Source: Gekko japonicus | Taxonomy: Eukaryota | Length of the DNA stretch: 64,000 bases | NCBI RefSeq assembly: GCF_001447785.1 | Contig: NW_015171530.1 | Coordinates: forward strand, 186,001 to 250,000 | Direction of reading: 5' to 3' | Shown here: positions 36,752 through 49,580 of the stretch, piece by piece | Position numbering within the stretch: the stretch's first letter is position 1 | How the letters are laid out: every line of letters begins with the position of its first letter | Translations under genes and position numbers: made by a program | The notes under the pieces: model-generated | What the model was told of the DNA's origin: nothing | What the model saw: the letters and a program-made list of their open reading frames with translations, nothing else | Database searches by the model: none

Positions 36752-38086
36752 CCGGTAAGGACAGATTTGCCGCTTGTTCTTATGTGTTGACTGAGGTTTT
36801 CGGAATCAAATCAGTTGTCCCGTGCTTCTTGTTACTTACACAGTTAGGAACCTCTACATAACAATATGGAATTTGAAAGAAACAGCTCAGATTATGGGCA
36901 ATTGAGACAGCAGGTTGCTTCATCTGTGACACTCAATATGGCAATTTCATCCTTCACATCTCCTAAAAGACAGAAATGCATGCTCTGCTCTCTCTCGGTT
37001 GCTGCTGCAGTTTAGTCAAATAAGAGAAGCCTCATAAACTGGACGCACAACAGACAATTCAGAAAATTATACGGCATTTTGTTTGATTTCTTATTCCATA
37101 ATTTCGTGGGGCTTTGCTATTTTAGTGCTTCTGATCTCCTGTGAGACTGTTTCTTTCTGAATACTTAAGATTTGTGTTTGAAGTAAAATAGGCGTGCACA
37201 GACTTGCTCTGTGATATTACAGCAGATCATTTGTGAATCTCTACCACTGTCAAGAACCCGGGGCCCTGTACAGAATGGGCCCTCTGCAGGGGGAAAAGGC
37301 AGGATAGAAGCCTCTCAATAAAATCCTCTTTCTAGCCACACCGTACCATTGTGGCCCTCTCTTTTATGTCCCCTAACAGGTGCCTGATCAAACAAAGTTC
37401 TACTAATGCGATTTCCCCCCATGTCATTTTCAAAGTACGTCTGTCTCCTCCAAATGCTCCCCTAATGCTCTAATAGAGGGGCCCCCACAAAGTGTTTTAG
37501 GAAGTGGGTGGGGCCAGGTAGGCTTTAGCCCAGCAAGGCATCTGATTGACTATTAGAAATTTGATTGGCTGGGCAGATTTCTTCTATGTAAATATTACTT
37601 TGTCCCCCATAAGTACCCTTTCCAAACCCCATGCCTTTTCTTCCCCCCTGCATGTGCTCCGAAATCACTTACCAAGGTTCCCCACGAGGCAAAGCAAGGG
37701 GTAGTTTTTCCCTATTGTTTTACCCTGTTAGCTCATGCAGCTTGCTAGTAGAGACTTGGGTGAAACCCAGCAGCAGTTTCCCTCAGCTGCGGGGACCCAA
37801 ATCCGCATTGGCTGGTTACTTATAGAGACCCTTTTTGAGGACTCCCAGAATCCCCCCCCCAGTCCCCCCCCCAGTGTACCACAGAGAGCCTTGATCGGGA
37901 TCACCACAAGTGCTTATGGACTGTGCCATACAAGTGCAAAGGAGAGGGAGTGCATATTACCAACCTTTCCTTTTTCGTGGTTTCTGGTTTGGGTCGTCTC
38001 ACTCACAAAGGGCTCACCTTCCACCAGTGCTGGGTGAGCAGCGCTCTGACAACACACCCTTCTCACCCTCACCCTTAGGGCCGGCC

Positions 38087-38245
38087 ATGGTCATCTGCTC
38101 CCTGCTGGTCTCCCTGCGTATTTGTCTGGAGCGACACCCACCTCTGGTCACCTTCTTCTTCTGTCTCCTTTCGCTGGCCGTTGCCTTTGGCAGTTTTGCC
38201 GCTTACCTCCAGTCGCATGATGTTCCAAACCCTGATGTCAAAGAG
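38087..38245 (+). CDS. TMEM219: TMEM219 (IGFBP-3 receptor), coding exon 1
   Basis: gccATGg, MVICSLLVSLRICLERHPPLVTFFFCLLSLAVAFGSF...NPDVKE; exons of 159+220+109+112+129 nt give 242 aa; position upstream of TAOK2 fits synteny. Confidence 0.87.
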
Positions 38246-39396
38246 GTGAGCCAGGGATGAAGATCTGAAGGACTTTGGAATGAATTGGGCTTGAGGGTAA
38301 AGGGAAGCATCAAGAGGTGTGGAGGGAAAGACAAGTGTCTAGCCTTCATCTTCTCCCACTCAAGCTTGTCAATAGTTTAGGTTAATTAAGGGAGATGATT
38401 AAACCACTTGATTAAACAGCCATGCCGAAGCTTTAGGCTTACTGGCTGACTACTCAGATGGAACACATAGAGTCTCCCTAAATGCCACAGGCTGGGCTAA
38501 GGAAAAGTAGTTTAAAAAGAAAAAAAGCCATATACAGTGTTCGTACCAGAAGGCACTAGTCTATGCTGAGTTTGCCGGATTTGGGAGGATGCACTGATCT
38601 GATCTTGAGGAGGGCAGTTCCATGCAATCTCTCCTTATATATAATTGAATAGTGGGTGCCAAAGTTCTAATTCTAAAATGCACTCCCTTAGTGTATGGCT
38701 GATGGCGCTGCTGCTCAGCATATATCGCCACCAATCAGAAGGCAAAGCCCGGGTCCCGCCCACACCACAACTGCTGCGACAACCTGGTCTTTTGCATATG
38801 GAAGCTGATTGGACTTCACTCCATTCCACACCTCAAACTCCCCCCCCCCCTCCGCAAGGCAGTTGGAATGTCAGTTGCATATGGAACCTGCTGTATTCCG
38901 GTGATGTGCAGGTCCAAGGTTCATGTTTTAAAAGCAGACTGACACTGTTTGCCCAAAGCCAGAGCACTCTCCCAGAGCCTCTTTCTAGATCTCGTTGTAT
39001 TTATTTCCACAACGGGCCTTATTTCTAGTTTTCATATAATTGTGTACCAAACTACTGGGGGGGGGGTGTTATTTTTACAAATCACTGTACAAACTGCTTT
39101 CCCTTTCAAAGGAAACTGACCTTGGAGAGCTCTAAATGTTCTCCCACTTGGAGGAAGGAGAGCAGAACGACATCAGCTTTAGCAATCTAAGCTCTTTAAA
39201 CCCATGGGTTCAGCTTTTATAGCCTTTTCTTGATGGTTGCCAGCTTTCAGTTTTTACAGTTAAGACCAAAGGAGTGGGGTGGGTTAGGAAAGAGCACTTG
39301 AAACATGGAAAAGTTTTTATTTAAAAATGCAGGCACAAAGGGAGTGGGGGGGAGGAACTGAGAGGCAGTTTCCAACCCTTTCCCCTCATCTTTAAG

Positions 39397-39616
39397 GACT
39401 GGAACTCTCTCCTAACATCTCTGGCACATCTGATGTTCTGTGTCCCAAACAAGACCCATGAAGACACCTCAACGCCACCTCCCTCTGCAGCTGCTGAATT
39501 CCATACGACAGTCTCTGTCCTGGTTGGCCTCACCTTTGAGCTCCAGAATGGCACAGACCCTCCCAATGGCACACACCTGGCGTTGACTGTCACCGGGAGA
39601 GAGCTGGGTCTCAAGG
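39397..39616 (+). CDS. TMEM219: TMEM219 coding exon 2
   Basis: DWNSLLTSLAHLMFC...TVTGRELGLKG; AG/GT bounded. Confidence 0.87.
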
Positions 39617-39726
39617 GTGAGTGACCTCCCACTTTTAACAGACTGCAAACTGTCCCAGTTCCTTCTCTTTCTTTCCGTTTCCCCTGCCCCCCACTTGACC
39701 CTCCCATCTGCCCATTCCACCCACAG

Positions 39727-39835
39727 GCCCAGATACCCAGGAGCCAATCCACCTTGTGATAGCCATCATGAATTCACTATCCCACGAGAGCTGCCTTAGT
39801 ATCATTGCTCCCTCTTCCCTTCTCCCCAAGACCAG
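39727..39835 (+). CDS. TMEM219: TMEM219 coding exon 3
   Basis: PDTQEPIHLVI...CLSIIAPSSLLPKT; phase consistent. Confidence 0.82.
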
Positions 39836-39913
39836 GTAAGCCTAAGAACAAGAAGCCAGCATTGCAGAGTGCTCTCGGCCCACTGATGCAACAAATCCCA
39901 TCTTCTTCCCCAG

Positions 39914-40025
39914 GAAGCCACCTGAATGTGTGATGCGGGAGCGAAGGGTGCATCCAGAAGAGCCAGGCCTTTGTTACCAATCGCATTACCAGGATGATCC
40001 TGCTCTGTCCAGCATGCTGGACCAG
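39914..40025 (+). CDS. TMEM219: TMEM219 coding exon 4
   Basis: KPPECV...LCYQSHYQDDPALSSMLDQ; phase consistent. Confidence 0.82.
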
Positions 40026-40125
40026 GTGAGAGATGATGTACTAGGGTGCATTGGGAGTCAGAACCTCATCCTCCTCGAAGGATGCAGAAGAGGACTATTC
40101 ACTGTTGCACTCCTTTCACTCCCAG

Positions 40126-40254
40126 GCAGATCGTGCCCTCTGCAGCCAGCGTCTCCTGCTCACCACTGCTTTCCTTCTCTGCCTCTGTGCCATGCTGTGT
40201 TGCGTGGCTGGCGTGTGCTATCCTGCCCCCAGAGACAAGCGGGGGCAAATCTAG
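40126..40254 (+). CDS. TMEM219: TMEM219 coding exon 5 (second TM helix, stop)
   Basis: ADRALCSQRLLLTTAFLLCLCAMLCCVAGVCYP...*; AATAAA at 40482. Confidence 0.87.
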   Translation, partial: ADRALCSQRLLLTTAFLLCLCAMLCCVAGVCYPAPRDKRGQI

Positions 40255-40639
40255 GTAGGTCTGGCCCATGCCACTCCCTCAGTCCTGTTCCAGAGAACCC
40301 AGATGACCTGGATATTTGTCCTTCCTTCTCAAAGCCGCTGGGTTACCCAATGCTTGAAACTTTGCCGTTCTGATGCAAACACAACTGTGGGAGGGGTTTC
40401 TGAGCTGTGAATGGGGTTTAACCCCTGTCTTGGTTCACTGCTGGGGGGACTGTATGGATCCCTGCTAGAGTGGAATAATGCAATAAAATGACATATTATT
40501 TAAAAGAGTAGCTTGGGGTTTTTCATCATTGAGAGCAGCACTGCCATCGACCCAAACAGATTCAGGAGAGTCTTGCATCCCACCGAGTGGGACAAGGGCT
40601 GCTGTCTCATTGTCCTGGACAGGATTATCACACTGGGGG

Positions 40640-40800
40640 GGGGGGTCAACAGTGGGAGGGCTTCTAATGTCCTGGCCCCACTGGTGGACCTGATGGCACT
40701 GGTATTTCTGGCCACTGTGGGATACAGAGTGTTGGACTGGATGGGCCTTTGGCCTGATCCAACATTGGCATCTCTTATGTTCCTATGTTCTTATGTTCTT
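40640..40800 (+). mobile_element. CR1 3' end
   Basis: TTGGACTGGATGGGCC...TGATCCAAC...(TTCTTATG)n tail; reverse copies at 49237-49580 and 63153-63436. Confidence 0.7.
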
Positions 40801-40901
40801 AAATGTACTTTTAAAATTGGGATTCATTTAACTACAGCTCCTTGACATAATGTCAATAGCCATGGCTTCACTGATAAGAGCTCAAAGATAATTGTCCTCG
40901 A

Positions 40902-41290
40902 CAGGGCTCTTTTTGTAGAAAAAGCCCAGCAGGAACTCATTAGCATAATAGGCCACACCCAACAGCAGAAACTCATTAGCCTATTGGGCCACACCCCTAA
41001 CAGCACAGCTCATTAGCACATTAGGCCGCACCCACATGTTACCAGAAGTGTGGTAACCCACCTTTTGCTTGTTATTCTGTTTACCTTGTTCATTGTCAAA
41101 ACCCAGGCCCTTTTTTTGTAGCAGGAACTCCTTTGCATGTTAGGCCACACACCCCTAATGTAGCCAATCCGAATGAGTTTCTGATGTTGGGTGTGGTCTA
41201 TTATGCTAATGAGTTCCTGCTGGGCGTGGCCAACTTGGGAGCCAGCCGGAACTCCGTCCCTGTGCGTTCCTGCCCCAAAATAGCTCTGGT
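40902..41290. repeat. Non-autonomous DNA element(s) with internal ~33-bp tandem units
   Basis: CAGGGCTCTTTTTG start; AACTCATTAGC...GGCCACACCC occurs three times, plus an inverted copy near 41190-41230. Confidence 0.5.
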
Positions 41291-42208
41291 CCTCGAGATT
41301 CAAGTAACTCAGGACAAATGATGTGACCATGATGAATCTTGGTCCTTGTTGACATGAATAGCGTCATAAGTTAGCTGGTTCATTTTTAACAGGACCATAC
41401 CAAAGACTCAGTTAAACTACCCCATTCCTTTCTGTCATTCCCCCACGCCAATCTGAGTACAAATGTCTTGCTTGCACTGCATCCACAAGAGAAAGAGAAT
41501 GCCGGAACTGAGAGGCAGCCGTATGCTCTTGAAGTCCCGACCTGGTACGCACAAGGTACTCCTAAGACAGGATTGCTTATGAGGTATCATGGAGGAGAGG
41601 CAAAGAATATTAGCTTATAGTCTCATTAATTTAAAGTGGTCTAAGATGTGTGTTTGTGTGAGAGACCTAACAAACAGAGAGGAAGAAATGTTTAGATCAT
41701 ATTTCTTAACTGTCTGTGACTATAGTTTGCTGGCTTGACTAGGATCGCTAACTGTCATTAAGCTGGGCTCAAAGCATGCAAAATGAACTTCCTAGCCTGT
41801 CGTCAGGGAAGGGGTCTTGGCTTTAGTGATGCTGTGAATGTATCACTATAAGAAATTAGGGGTCATATTTTCTATGGGAATGTCTGGGGCATGCCTTTGT
41901 CTCAGGGCAATAAATTCTCATAGATGTGAATGGGCTTCACAGGTGCCATTCTTCCATTCTTTTGTATATACAATAATAATGTATGTGTCATGGCCTTCAA
42001 CGTGTATACCTAAAGGTAGTGTTGTCATCTTGCCCCTGTTTGCAATTAAACATGCAGCCCCCGTAAGTGTGATAAGTGGGGAGTGATTAGTAAAAACTAG
42101 AAGCCGGCCGCCAAAATCAGTTCGGCCACACTGTCACTTCTCCTTTAAAAAACAAATCGCATATTTCTCCTGTCTTTCAAGACATTCAAAGTGATAGATA
42201 ATTCCAAT

Positions 42209-42415
42209 CGGTGTTCCCTCTAAGTTGAGTCAGTGTGAGCCAGCTCACAGTTTTTTAGCCTCCAGCCCACACATTTTTGTCTTAGCTCAGGAAGGATGGC
42301 TCCAGAGCCAACTAATTTATGCAGCAGCCAAAATCGCTCGCTCACAACTTTAATGCCAGTAGCTCACAAAGTAGAATTTTCGCTCACAAGACTCCACAGC
42401 TTAGAGGGAGCATTC
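42209..42415 (-). mobile_element. hAT-type MITE, copy 5 (reverse)
   Basis: Reverse complement of the 5155 copy; TSD degenerate. Confidence 0.8.
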
Positions 42416-43883
42416 GTTTCAACCTATTTCATCTTTACAACAACCTTACAAGGTTGTTACTGAGTTGCCGGCCCAAGGTCATTCCGCAAACTTCAGTGTT
42501 GAACCATCTGGGTCTCCTAGGCTGTCCTCTGACCCTTCAACCCAGTGATTCTCAAACAGTTTGAACTGGACTCCACTTCTAAACTTAGCACAGCTTTTAG
42601 GACCAATTTTTAAACTTCTCATCATTTGGGAGGAACCGACTTGCAAAGTAATACCTCATTATTTTCCCCTTCACCAGCTTAAACTGCACAAACTGTATTT
42701 CAGTTAACACTGAACAGGTTTTATTTATATTTCCTATAGTTTGCATTTATTTAGCATTACTAAGCAACTAGCTGCATTTCACATTCATTTTGGATTTCGG
42801 TCTGCAGAATGTGAAAATTTGCCCCTCCGAAACTTCTCTCCAGTTGATTTTGTTCTTCTTTGACTTGTGACCCACCTGTATGGTTGCCAACTCCAGGTGG
42901 CACTTGGGAGAGCTCCCACTACTACAGTTGATCGCCAGACAATCAAGATCAGTTCCCCTGAAGAAAAGGGCAGCTTCAGAGGGTGGACTCTATGGCATTA
43001 TACCTCTGCAATCCCCACCTTCCTCAGGCCCCACCCCTAAAATCTCCAGGTATTTCCCAACCCACAGTCGGCAACCCTCCCCACCTGTGAAAGAGACGTG
43101 ACTAACGTTTAGGGTCTTGACCTGCAGTATGAGAAACGTCGCTCTGCACTGGTTCTCATTAAACTCCATTGGCTCTGAGATACTGGGTTGGAGTGATAGT
43201 TGAAACCACAATGGGGTGAATTCATGTCAAGCTCTAGATTTAACAATCCTGTGTCTTCTAAACTCCTGAAAATGACCCAGCAACCCTCTCCCTTGGCCTC
43301 CCAAGTTTTGCTTTCTCCCTCACTCTTTTCTTCAGGCTCCATATCGCCATTGTTTCCTCAGGTCCTTTTTCCTTAAAGCCACCCGGATTCCTGACCCGCT
43401 TCACCAGGATTTTATCGTAAATCATGCCCTATTTTTAAACACTGCGAATCTTTTAGGACCCACTTTCTATTTAAGCACTTCATGCCTCATTTCCCTGCAC
43501 TCTATCCCGTAGGCTTCTGTTTCCGTTTCTTCCTTGGCAATCACCTGTCCATTAGCTGTACTTAACCAGTTCCTAAGGCCAAAGTCCTCAGCCATCCCTT
43601 GTAATGCTATCATAAATTCCCAGGCAAAATGAGCATTGCTCCTTCCCTCACAAAAGCTGGACTGCAGAGTGCTCTTTCTCTTGAGCCACTGCAGCAGCCA
43701 ATGAAATAGTACTGAGAACTTCACTGCCACAAGGCCTGTGAAGCACTGATCATACTGTGGGTAGCTTCATTTAGGGTGAGAAGTGAGGCCATTTTACAGA
43801 ATTGTGGATGGGTCTCATTTCAAACTAGTCAGCTTTTTCAAAAGGTATAACTTTGAAAAGGGACCTACTCATTTAGAATATGA

Positions 43884-44405
43884 ACAGACTTTGAATCCAG
43901 TGGCACCTTTAAGACCAACAGAGTTTTATTGACGGTATAAGCTTTGGTGTGCAAGCACACTTCCTCAGATACAGTGGAACAGACCATCACTCATAGGGGG
44001 TCAGGAAGGGTCATTTAGAGTCAAGAGATCCTCAGTTCTCACTTGTACCCAGAATTGAACTTTGTCTTTGAAGTGCCACTGGACTCAAACCTCATTGCTA
44101 CATCTGTTTGTTAACTCTTGTATTTGTATGCTGAAATTGAATGCCAATCACAGACCTTTCTTACATCCAATCTCAGCTATAATCACCCAGTACTTATGCA
44201 TCTTGACTCTAAATGGCCCTTCCTGACAACACCCCTATAAGCAATGGCTGAGGAGGTTCTGTTGCACTGTATCTGAGGAAGTGTGCTTGTACGCAAAAGC
44301 TTATACCACAAATAAACCTTTGTAAGTCTTAAAAGGTGCCACTGGACTCAAACTTTGTTCAGCTGCTTCAGGCCAACAGAGCTATCTACCCCCACCTGAA
44401 TCTAT
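43884..44405. mobile_element. Penelope-like inverted terminal pair
   Basis: 43884-44028 is the imperfect reverse complement of 44200-44360; each arm has CTGAGGAAGTGTGC..-AAAGCTTATACC. Confidence 0.6.
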
Positions 44406-44479
44406 CATTTAGCTTGAGAATACCTAAATCCCGCGCCTTTCAGTTAGAATAAGATTCGAGGCCGTCCACTGAAATTAAA

Positions 44480-45635
44480 CACCCTGTTAGGTTTGTAACT
44501 TTCGGCCAGAAGGGCGCCTGTGATATGTCACTCCTCCCTGTCTGACGGAAGAGGGACGGGTTCAGCCTGAATGAAACCAAGGTGTCTCGTGAGGTGAAGG
44601 AAAGGTCACCCTCCAGACGAGACACAGTTCGAATGTGACGTCGCTGGAGCGATTCTAATTCCGCCCTCTTTCGAAGGCGCTCAAGCGCGCGGCAACAGTT
44701 AAACGGTCGCCTGCAAAACCCCCCCCCCCCCTTTGAACAGCTGTTGCTCCTCCCCCGCTTTTTATGTTTCTACGGCCACGGCCGCCCTCCTCTGTCTGAA
44801 TCCTACCCCAGTAACAGCTGAGCGGTGGCGCTCCGCCCCTAATGCCATCAGCCTACCAATCACGCCCCGCCTTCTAAGGTAACGTCCAATCAAAGCCGCT
44901 TAAGGGCACATAGGCGTCCCAACCTGGCTCCTTTCTAGCCAACCCGGGTACCAGCCTCCTGCTTTGCTTTCGCCCTTTCCCGCATCCTCCTCCAATCTCA
45001 ACTCGTATTCCTTATTCTCAGTCAAATTTTAGACTCCCCCCCCCCCCCCGACTTATAATTGCCCTGTCCATAGACCGTAGACCAAACCAACGAACGCAGC
45101 GCTCTCACTAGTACTGTGAGTCTCGTCCCTCTATATATTGCGCATCCTCTCTGCGTCTATAACGTCCCATCAGCCCGGCCTCCTCACACCGACTTCGACA
45201 GTACGCATGCGTACAATGCAGTGCCGCGCCGTTCTGCGCAAGCGGACCTTCGTTTTTGCTTCGAGGAGCCTTTCGGCGCGTGCGCCTTGTGCGGCGCATG
45301 CGGCTCTACCCCTGGCTTCGCCCCCTGCTCACTGCGCGGGCGCGCTCTTCCACGGTCGCTCCCCGCCCTTTGCTTTCGCGCATGCGCCTGAGGGGCTCTC
45401 TGGCTTGGTTCCGGTCTGCCTCCTGCCTTGGGCGCCATCTTGGATTTGGGGACAACTGGAGAGAGTGAGAGGGAGGGAGGAGGCGGAGGAACCTGAGGAG
45501 GCGAGCGAGGGGAGGGGGGGCCGGATAGACCAAGGCCCCCCACCCCCACAGCACCCACCCCCTTGCTGTATAGAGACTTCCCCCCTTCCCCACCCCTCCG
45601 CCCCTTAGCGCTCCCCAGACCTTATAGAATTTCTT
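44480..45635 (+). promoter_or_regulatory. TAOK2: CpG-island promoter of TAOK2
   Basis: CpG-rich, CCAAT and GC boxes, several NRF1 GCGCATGCG sites, YY1-like GCCATCTT near 45435; long 5'UTR exon probably ends at the donor after 46272. Confidence 0.75.
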
Positions 45636-47370
45636 NNNNNNNNNNNNNNNNNNNNNNNNNNNNNNNNNNNNNNNNNNNNNNNNNNNNNNNNNNNNNNNNN
45701 NNNNNNNNNNNNNNNNNNNNNNNNNNNNNNNNNNNNNNNNNNNNNNNNNNNNNNNNNNNNNNNNNNNNNNNNNNNNNNNNNNNNNNNNNNNNNNNNNNNN
45801 NNNNNNNNNNNNNNNNNNNNNNNNNNNNNNNNNNNNNNNNNNNNNNNNNATTCTCTTACAGGATTCCTCTTCTGCCTTCATAAAGAGATCTCATAGCGCT
45901 GGAGCTGCTGGGAGACTCCCCTCCCGTCCTTTCACAGGGATGCCCCCTGTTCCTTTTAGTGAGCCAGCCTCCGCCCTCCCCCCCCCAAGGCTTCACTTCT
46001 GTAGCTCCCTTCTCCCGTAGCTCCTTTTTTCCTTAGCTCCTCTAAAACCCAAGCAAAAGAGGCCGAGGCTGGAGAGACCCCCGGATGCCCCGTGACTCCT
46101 ATCACAGGGGCCTTCTTCATCCAGGGGAGCCGGTGAGAGTTCCCTCTGCGCCCCTTCTTTGACTGGAGGAGTTGGAAAAGAGGAGGGCGTCGGGGGTGTA
46201 CTCCCCACCCCATATATCCTGGAGCTGGAGCCTCAAGGGGGACAAAACCTAGGCAGCTGCAAAGACTTACAGGTGAGACTCAAATACGTAGCTAAAGGCG
46301 GGTGGCAAAGGTGGAATCTTTTGGGGGAAGAGGTTGGGGGAAGGAAACGGAAGGTGAAAGGGCCTGTGGAACAAAGACAGAGGCGATAAGCCTATTCTGT
46401 GAGAATCTAGTTCTCCCCTCCCCACAATTATCTCTCTCAGAACAAGTACAAAATTTGGACCTTTTAGGTTAGGAAGTGCATTTCCTCCCCTCCTTTCTTT
46501 CTTCTCTTGAGGGCTTAAAAGAGCAATGGTTTACCTCCCCCCAAAAAAAAATCTTTTAGGCATCATTTGTTTTCTAGTTGAGCCCAAGAGTTCTGGATCC
46601 AAGATGATTCTTCCTCTTCCTTTCCTGTTAAACTTTTATTTGGGGGAGGCCTAAGAACCTCCTGCAGGTAGATCCTGGATTCTGCCTCCTGTCATCCAGA
46701 TGCCTTGTTGCCCTATGCCCGGGGAAGGCTGGCTTTGGCACTCCACCCCTAATCTGGTTAAACCCCACTCCCTCTTTGGAACTCATAGATCAGGGTACAG
46801 GCCTCCCTATCCATTCCCCTCCTAAGCAACTTGGGGGGTCCTAGCTCCCAGCCCCCCTCCATTAGACCCAGTTCTGCTTCCAAGGAGTCCCATTCTTGTG
46901 TCTTTAGATGGTTTGACAGGTCTGCATTCGTGAGACAGTTTAGAATGAAGGGCTGTCGTGGAGCCCCTTGGGAGTTGTAATTCTGGTGCGGAGAGGGCTG
47001 CTGGAGTGAACACAGGGAGTGCATTTCAGGAAGGTGAGGTGGGTGACCCCTTCTTTGCATCTGGGTTTTGTGTTCCATCGCATTTTTGTGAATTGAGGGT
47101 GGGGGTGGAATTGCAATTCAGGGTTTTTTTGCTATGGGAGAGGATGGGTGTCATGCCAGCACTGCAGAAGAATTAGTTTTGACATGAGGACTTGGATGGG
47201 AAAAAGATGAGGTGTATCCTGACTGGAGTGGTCTTTCTTTAAGATCCTGTAGGTTTCTTCATGGCTGACCTCCTTGAGCCTGGAAAGTCCTACTTCCCAA
47301 TGGTGACAAACTAGAGGGGTAGCCTGAGTCTGCTGTGTGACAAAAACAGAGAGTAATTTCATGACAGGTC

Positions 47371-47570
47371 TGGGGAGGGGGCTGTGGCTCAGTGGTAGAG
47401 CATGTGATTGGCATGCAGAAGGCCCCAGGTTCAGTCCCCAGAATCTCTATCTGAAAGGATCAAGTAGCGGGAGGTGTGAAAGACTTCAGCCCGAGACTAC
47501 TGCCTGTTTGAGCAGTTGCTGACCTTGATGGGCCAGTGGTCTGATACAGTGTAAGGCAGCGTCGTATGTT
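47371..47570 (+). mobile_element. tRNA-derived SINE with CR1-type tail
   Basis: TGGCTCAGTGGTAGAGCA...GGTTCAGTCCC head; interrupted related copy at ~5066-5650. Confidence 0.6.
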
Positions 47571-49236
47571 CGTGTGTGTATGTATGGGACAACTTGCAGC
47601 CTCAAATGTATCTGCCTTCTGAGGATACACTTCATGCATCTGATGAAGAGGGCTCTAGACCTTGAAAGCCTATGCCTCAGTGAAAGTATTTGTTTTTATT
47701 GTGCCGGGAGACCGTTCTTTACTTTTCAGTGAGTTTGCCACGGTTTGTTTGGTCCTCGTAGCAAAGATCTTTTCCTGTCAATGTATCTTTCAAAGCTCTT
47801 CATATTCTGAAGTCGAAAAACAAAAGCAAAGGAAATCCAAATTCCACAAGCAAAGATATCCAGTTTGGCATTCAGCATATGCTGTAGAGAGTTTTCAATT
47901 TCCTGTTCTATCTGAACTCCATATTTGACTTTTCTTAGAATTTGGCACTGTGTTGCGGGGGACTGGGACCCTGGCTCCTGGGCACTGGGAGTGTCGTCGT
48001 CCCCCCCTGCCTTTCTGCAGGAATCGAGTTGTTTGAAACATGAAACACCTGAGTGCTTGTAACTTTCTTACTTCTAATAAAAAGTGGAATTATGCAGAAT
48101 TCCAGCGATCTTGTGAAGTTGTGTGTGTGTAGTGCTTCAGAACACTTGTAAGCTCCTCTGGGCACCAAGTGAACTGGAAGGCGGTGTATAAATATAATGA
48201 AATAATGATTTGATGCATTTTGTACCAAGTGTTACTGGAGCAAAGCAAGCAGATTCCAGGCTTTCTCGCTTAATGGATCATTGTTCTCTGACCAGGATGA
48301 AATGAGATTTGGGACATGGGTCCCTTTAGAGGTCTGGAGCATGCTAGGTTGAGGTAGGGAGTGGAAAGGAATCGGAGAAGGCTTTTCTTCTGGTGTGCGC
48401 ACAGCCGTGTCCGTGTTTGCTTGGGTATGGCATTAGGGCAGCCTGTGTGTGTGTGTGTGATGCCTTGGTCAAAAATGAGTAGGCATCTGTGTGAGTTCTG
48501 TTGCTTTTGGGGCTCCTCCTTGCATCTGTTGTTTTGACCCTGTCCTAATAGCTGGTAGTTTCATCATGCAAGACAGAACACGCCAGACAAGACATTTTGC
48601 ATGTTATTTACAAGAAGGAACTTTGAGAGATGTGTGGCCATAAGGAAAGTGGAGCAGATGTTTCTTTTTTTCATGGTCATGCCAGACCATAGTGACTATT
48701 TTGGGGCTTTTAGGCTTCCTGGTTCTTTCTTGTGGCCAACAGTTCTGTCCTTGCCGGTAGTCTCTTCAGTTTCGCACAGCTTTGCAAATAATTGTACAAG
48801 AGTCACTAGCCCGTCAGCTGCTTGTGTTACAGCAACAGACAAAAGAGAGGACTCATGCAAAGTATCATTTAATTTATGCAATCCATTGCTTCAGCATATC
48901 GTGAAGATCACTAGCTTAGATGGCTTTGAAAGTGGATTAGACACGTTTGTGGGTGACAGGTTATCAATGGCTGTTGGCTGTGATGGTTAAGGGCAGTCTT
49001 CACGTTCCAGGGCACCTCTGAATGCCAATCGCAGGGGTTAAATGGTTGGGGATGGCTATCGCCTTCCTGTCCTGCTTTTTGAGCTTCCCAAAGGCCTCTG
49101 GATGGCCACGGTGCGGAGCTGGGTGCTGGGCTGGTGAACATGTTCTTCTTCAGCAGGGCTCCTTATGTGTTCTTAACAGGCTGAAGGAAATACAAGAATC
49201 AGCTTGCTTCCAATTTCCTTCACTGGTGTTTCTGAT

Positions 49237-49580
49237 CATAAGAACATAAGAGAAGCCAATGCTGGATCAGGCCAATGGCCCATCCAGTCCAACACTCTGT
49301 CACACAGTGGCCAAAAATACCAGGTGCCATCAGGAGGTCCAGCAGTGGGGCCAGGACACGAGAAGACCTCCCACTGCTGTCCCCCCCAGCACCAAGAATA
49401 CAGAGCATCCCTTGCCCCAGATCATGAGTTCCTACTTATATCTTGTGGCTAATAGCCACTGATGGACCTGTGCTCCATATGTTTATCCAATTCCCTCTTA
49501 AATCCATCCATGCTTGTAGCCGCCGCCACTTCCTGTGGGAGTGAATTCCATGTGTTAATCACTCTTTGGGTGGAGAAGTA
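49237..49580 (-). mobile_element. CR1 3' end
   Basis: CATAAGAACATAAGA...GGCCCATCCAGTCCAAC. Confidence 0.75.

Noticed and set aside
40925-41035. CRISPR-like repeat array
   Set aside because: Eukaryotic DNA; degenerate tandem units without unique spacers or cas genes.
47371-47445. tRNA gene
   Set aside because: Degenerate cloverleaf that continues into a SINE body.
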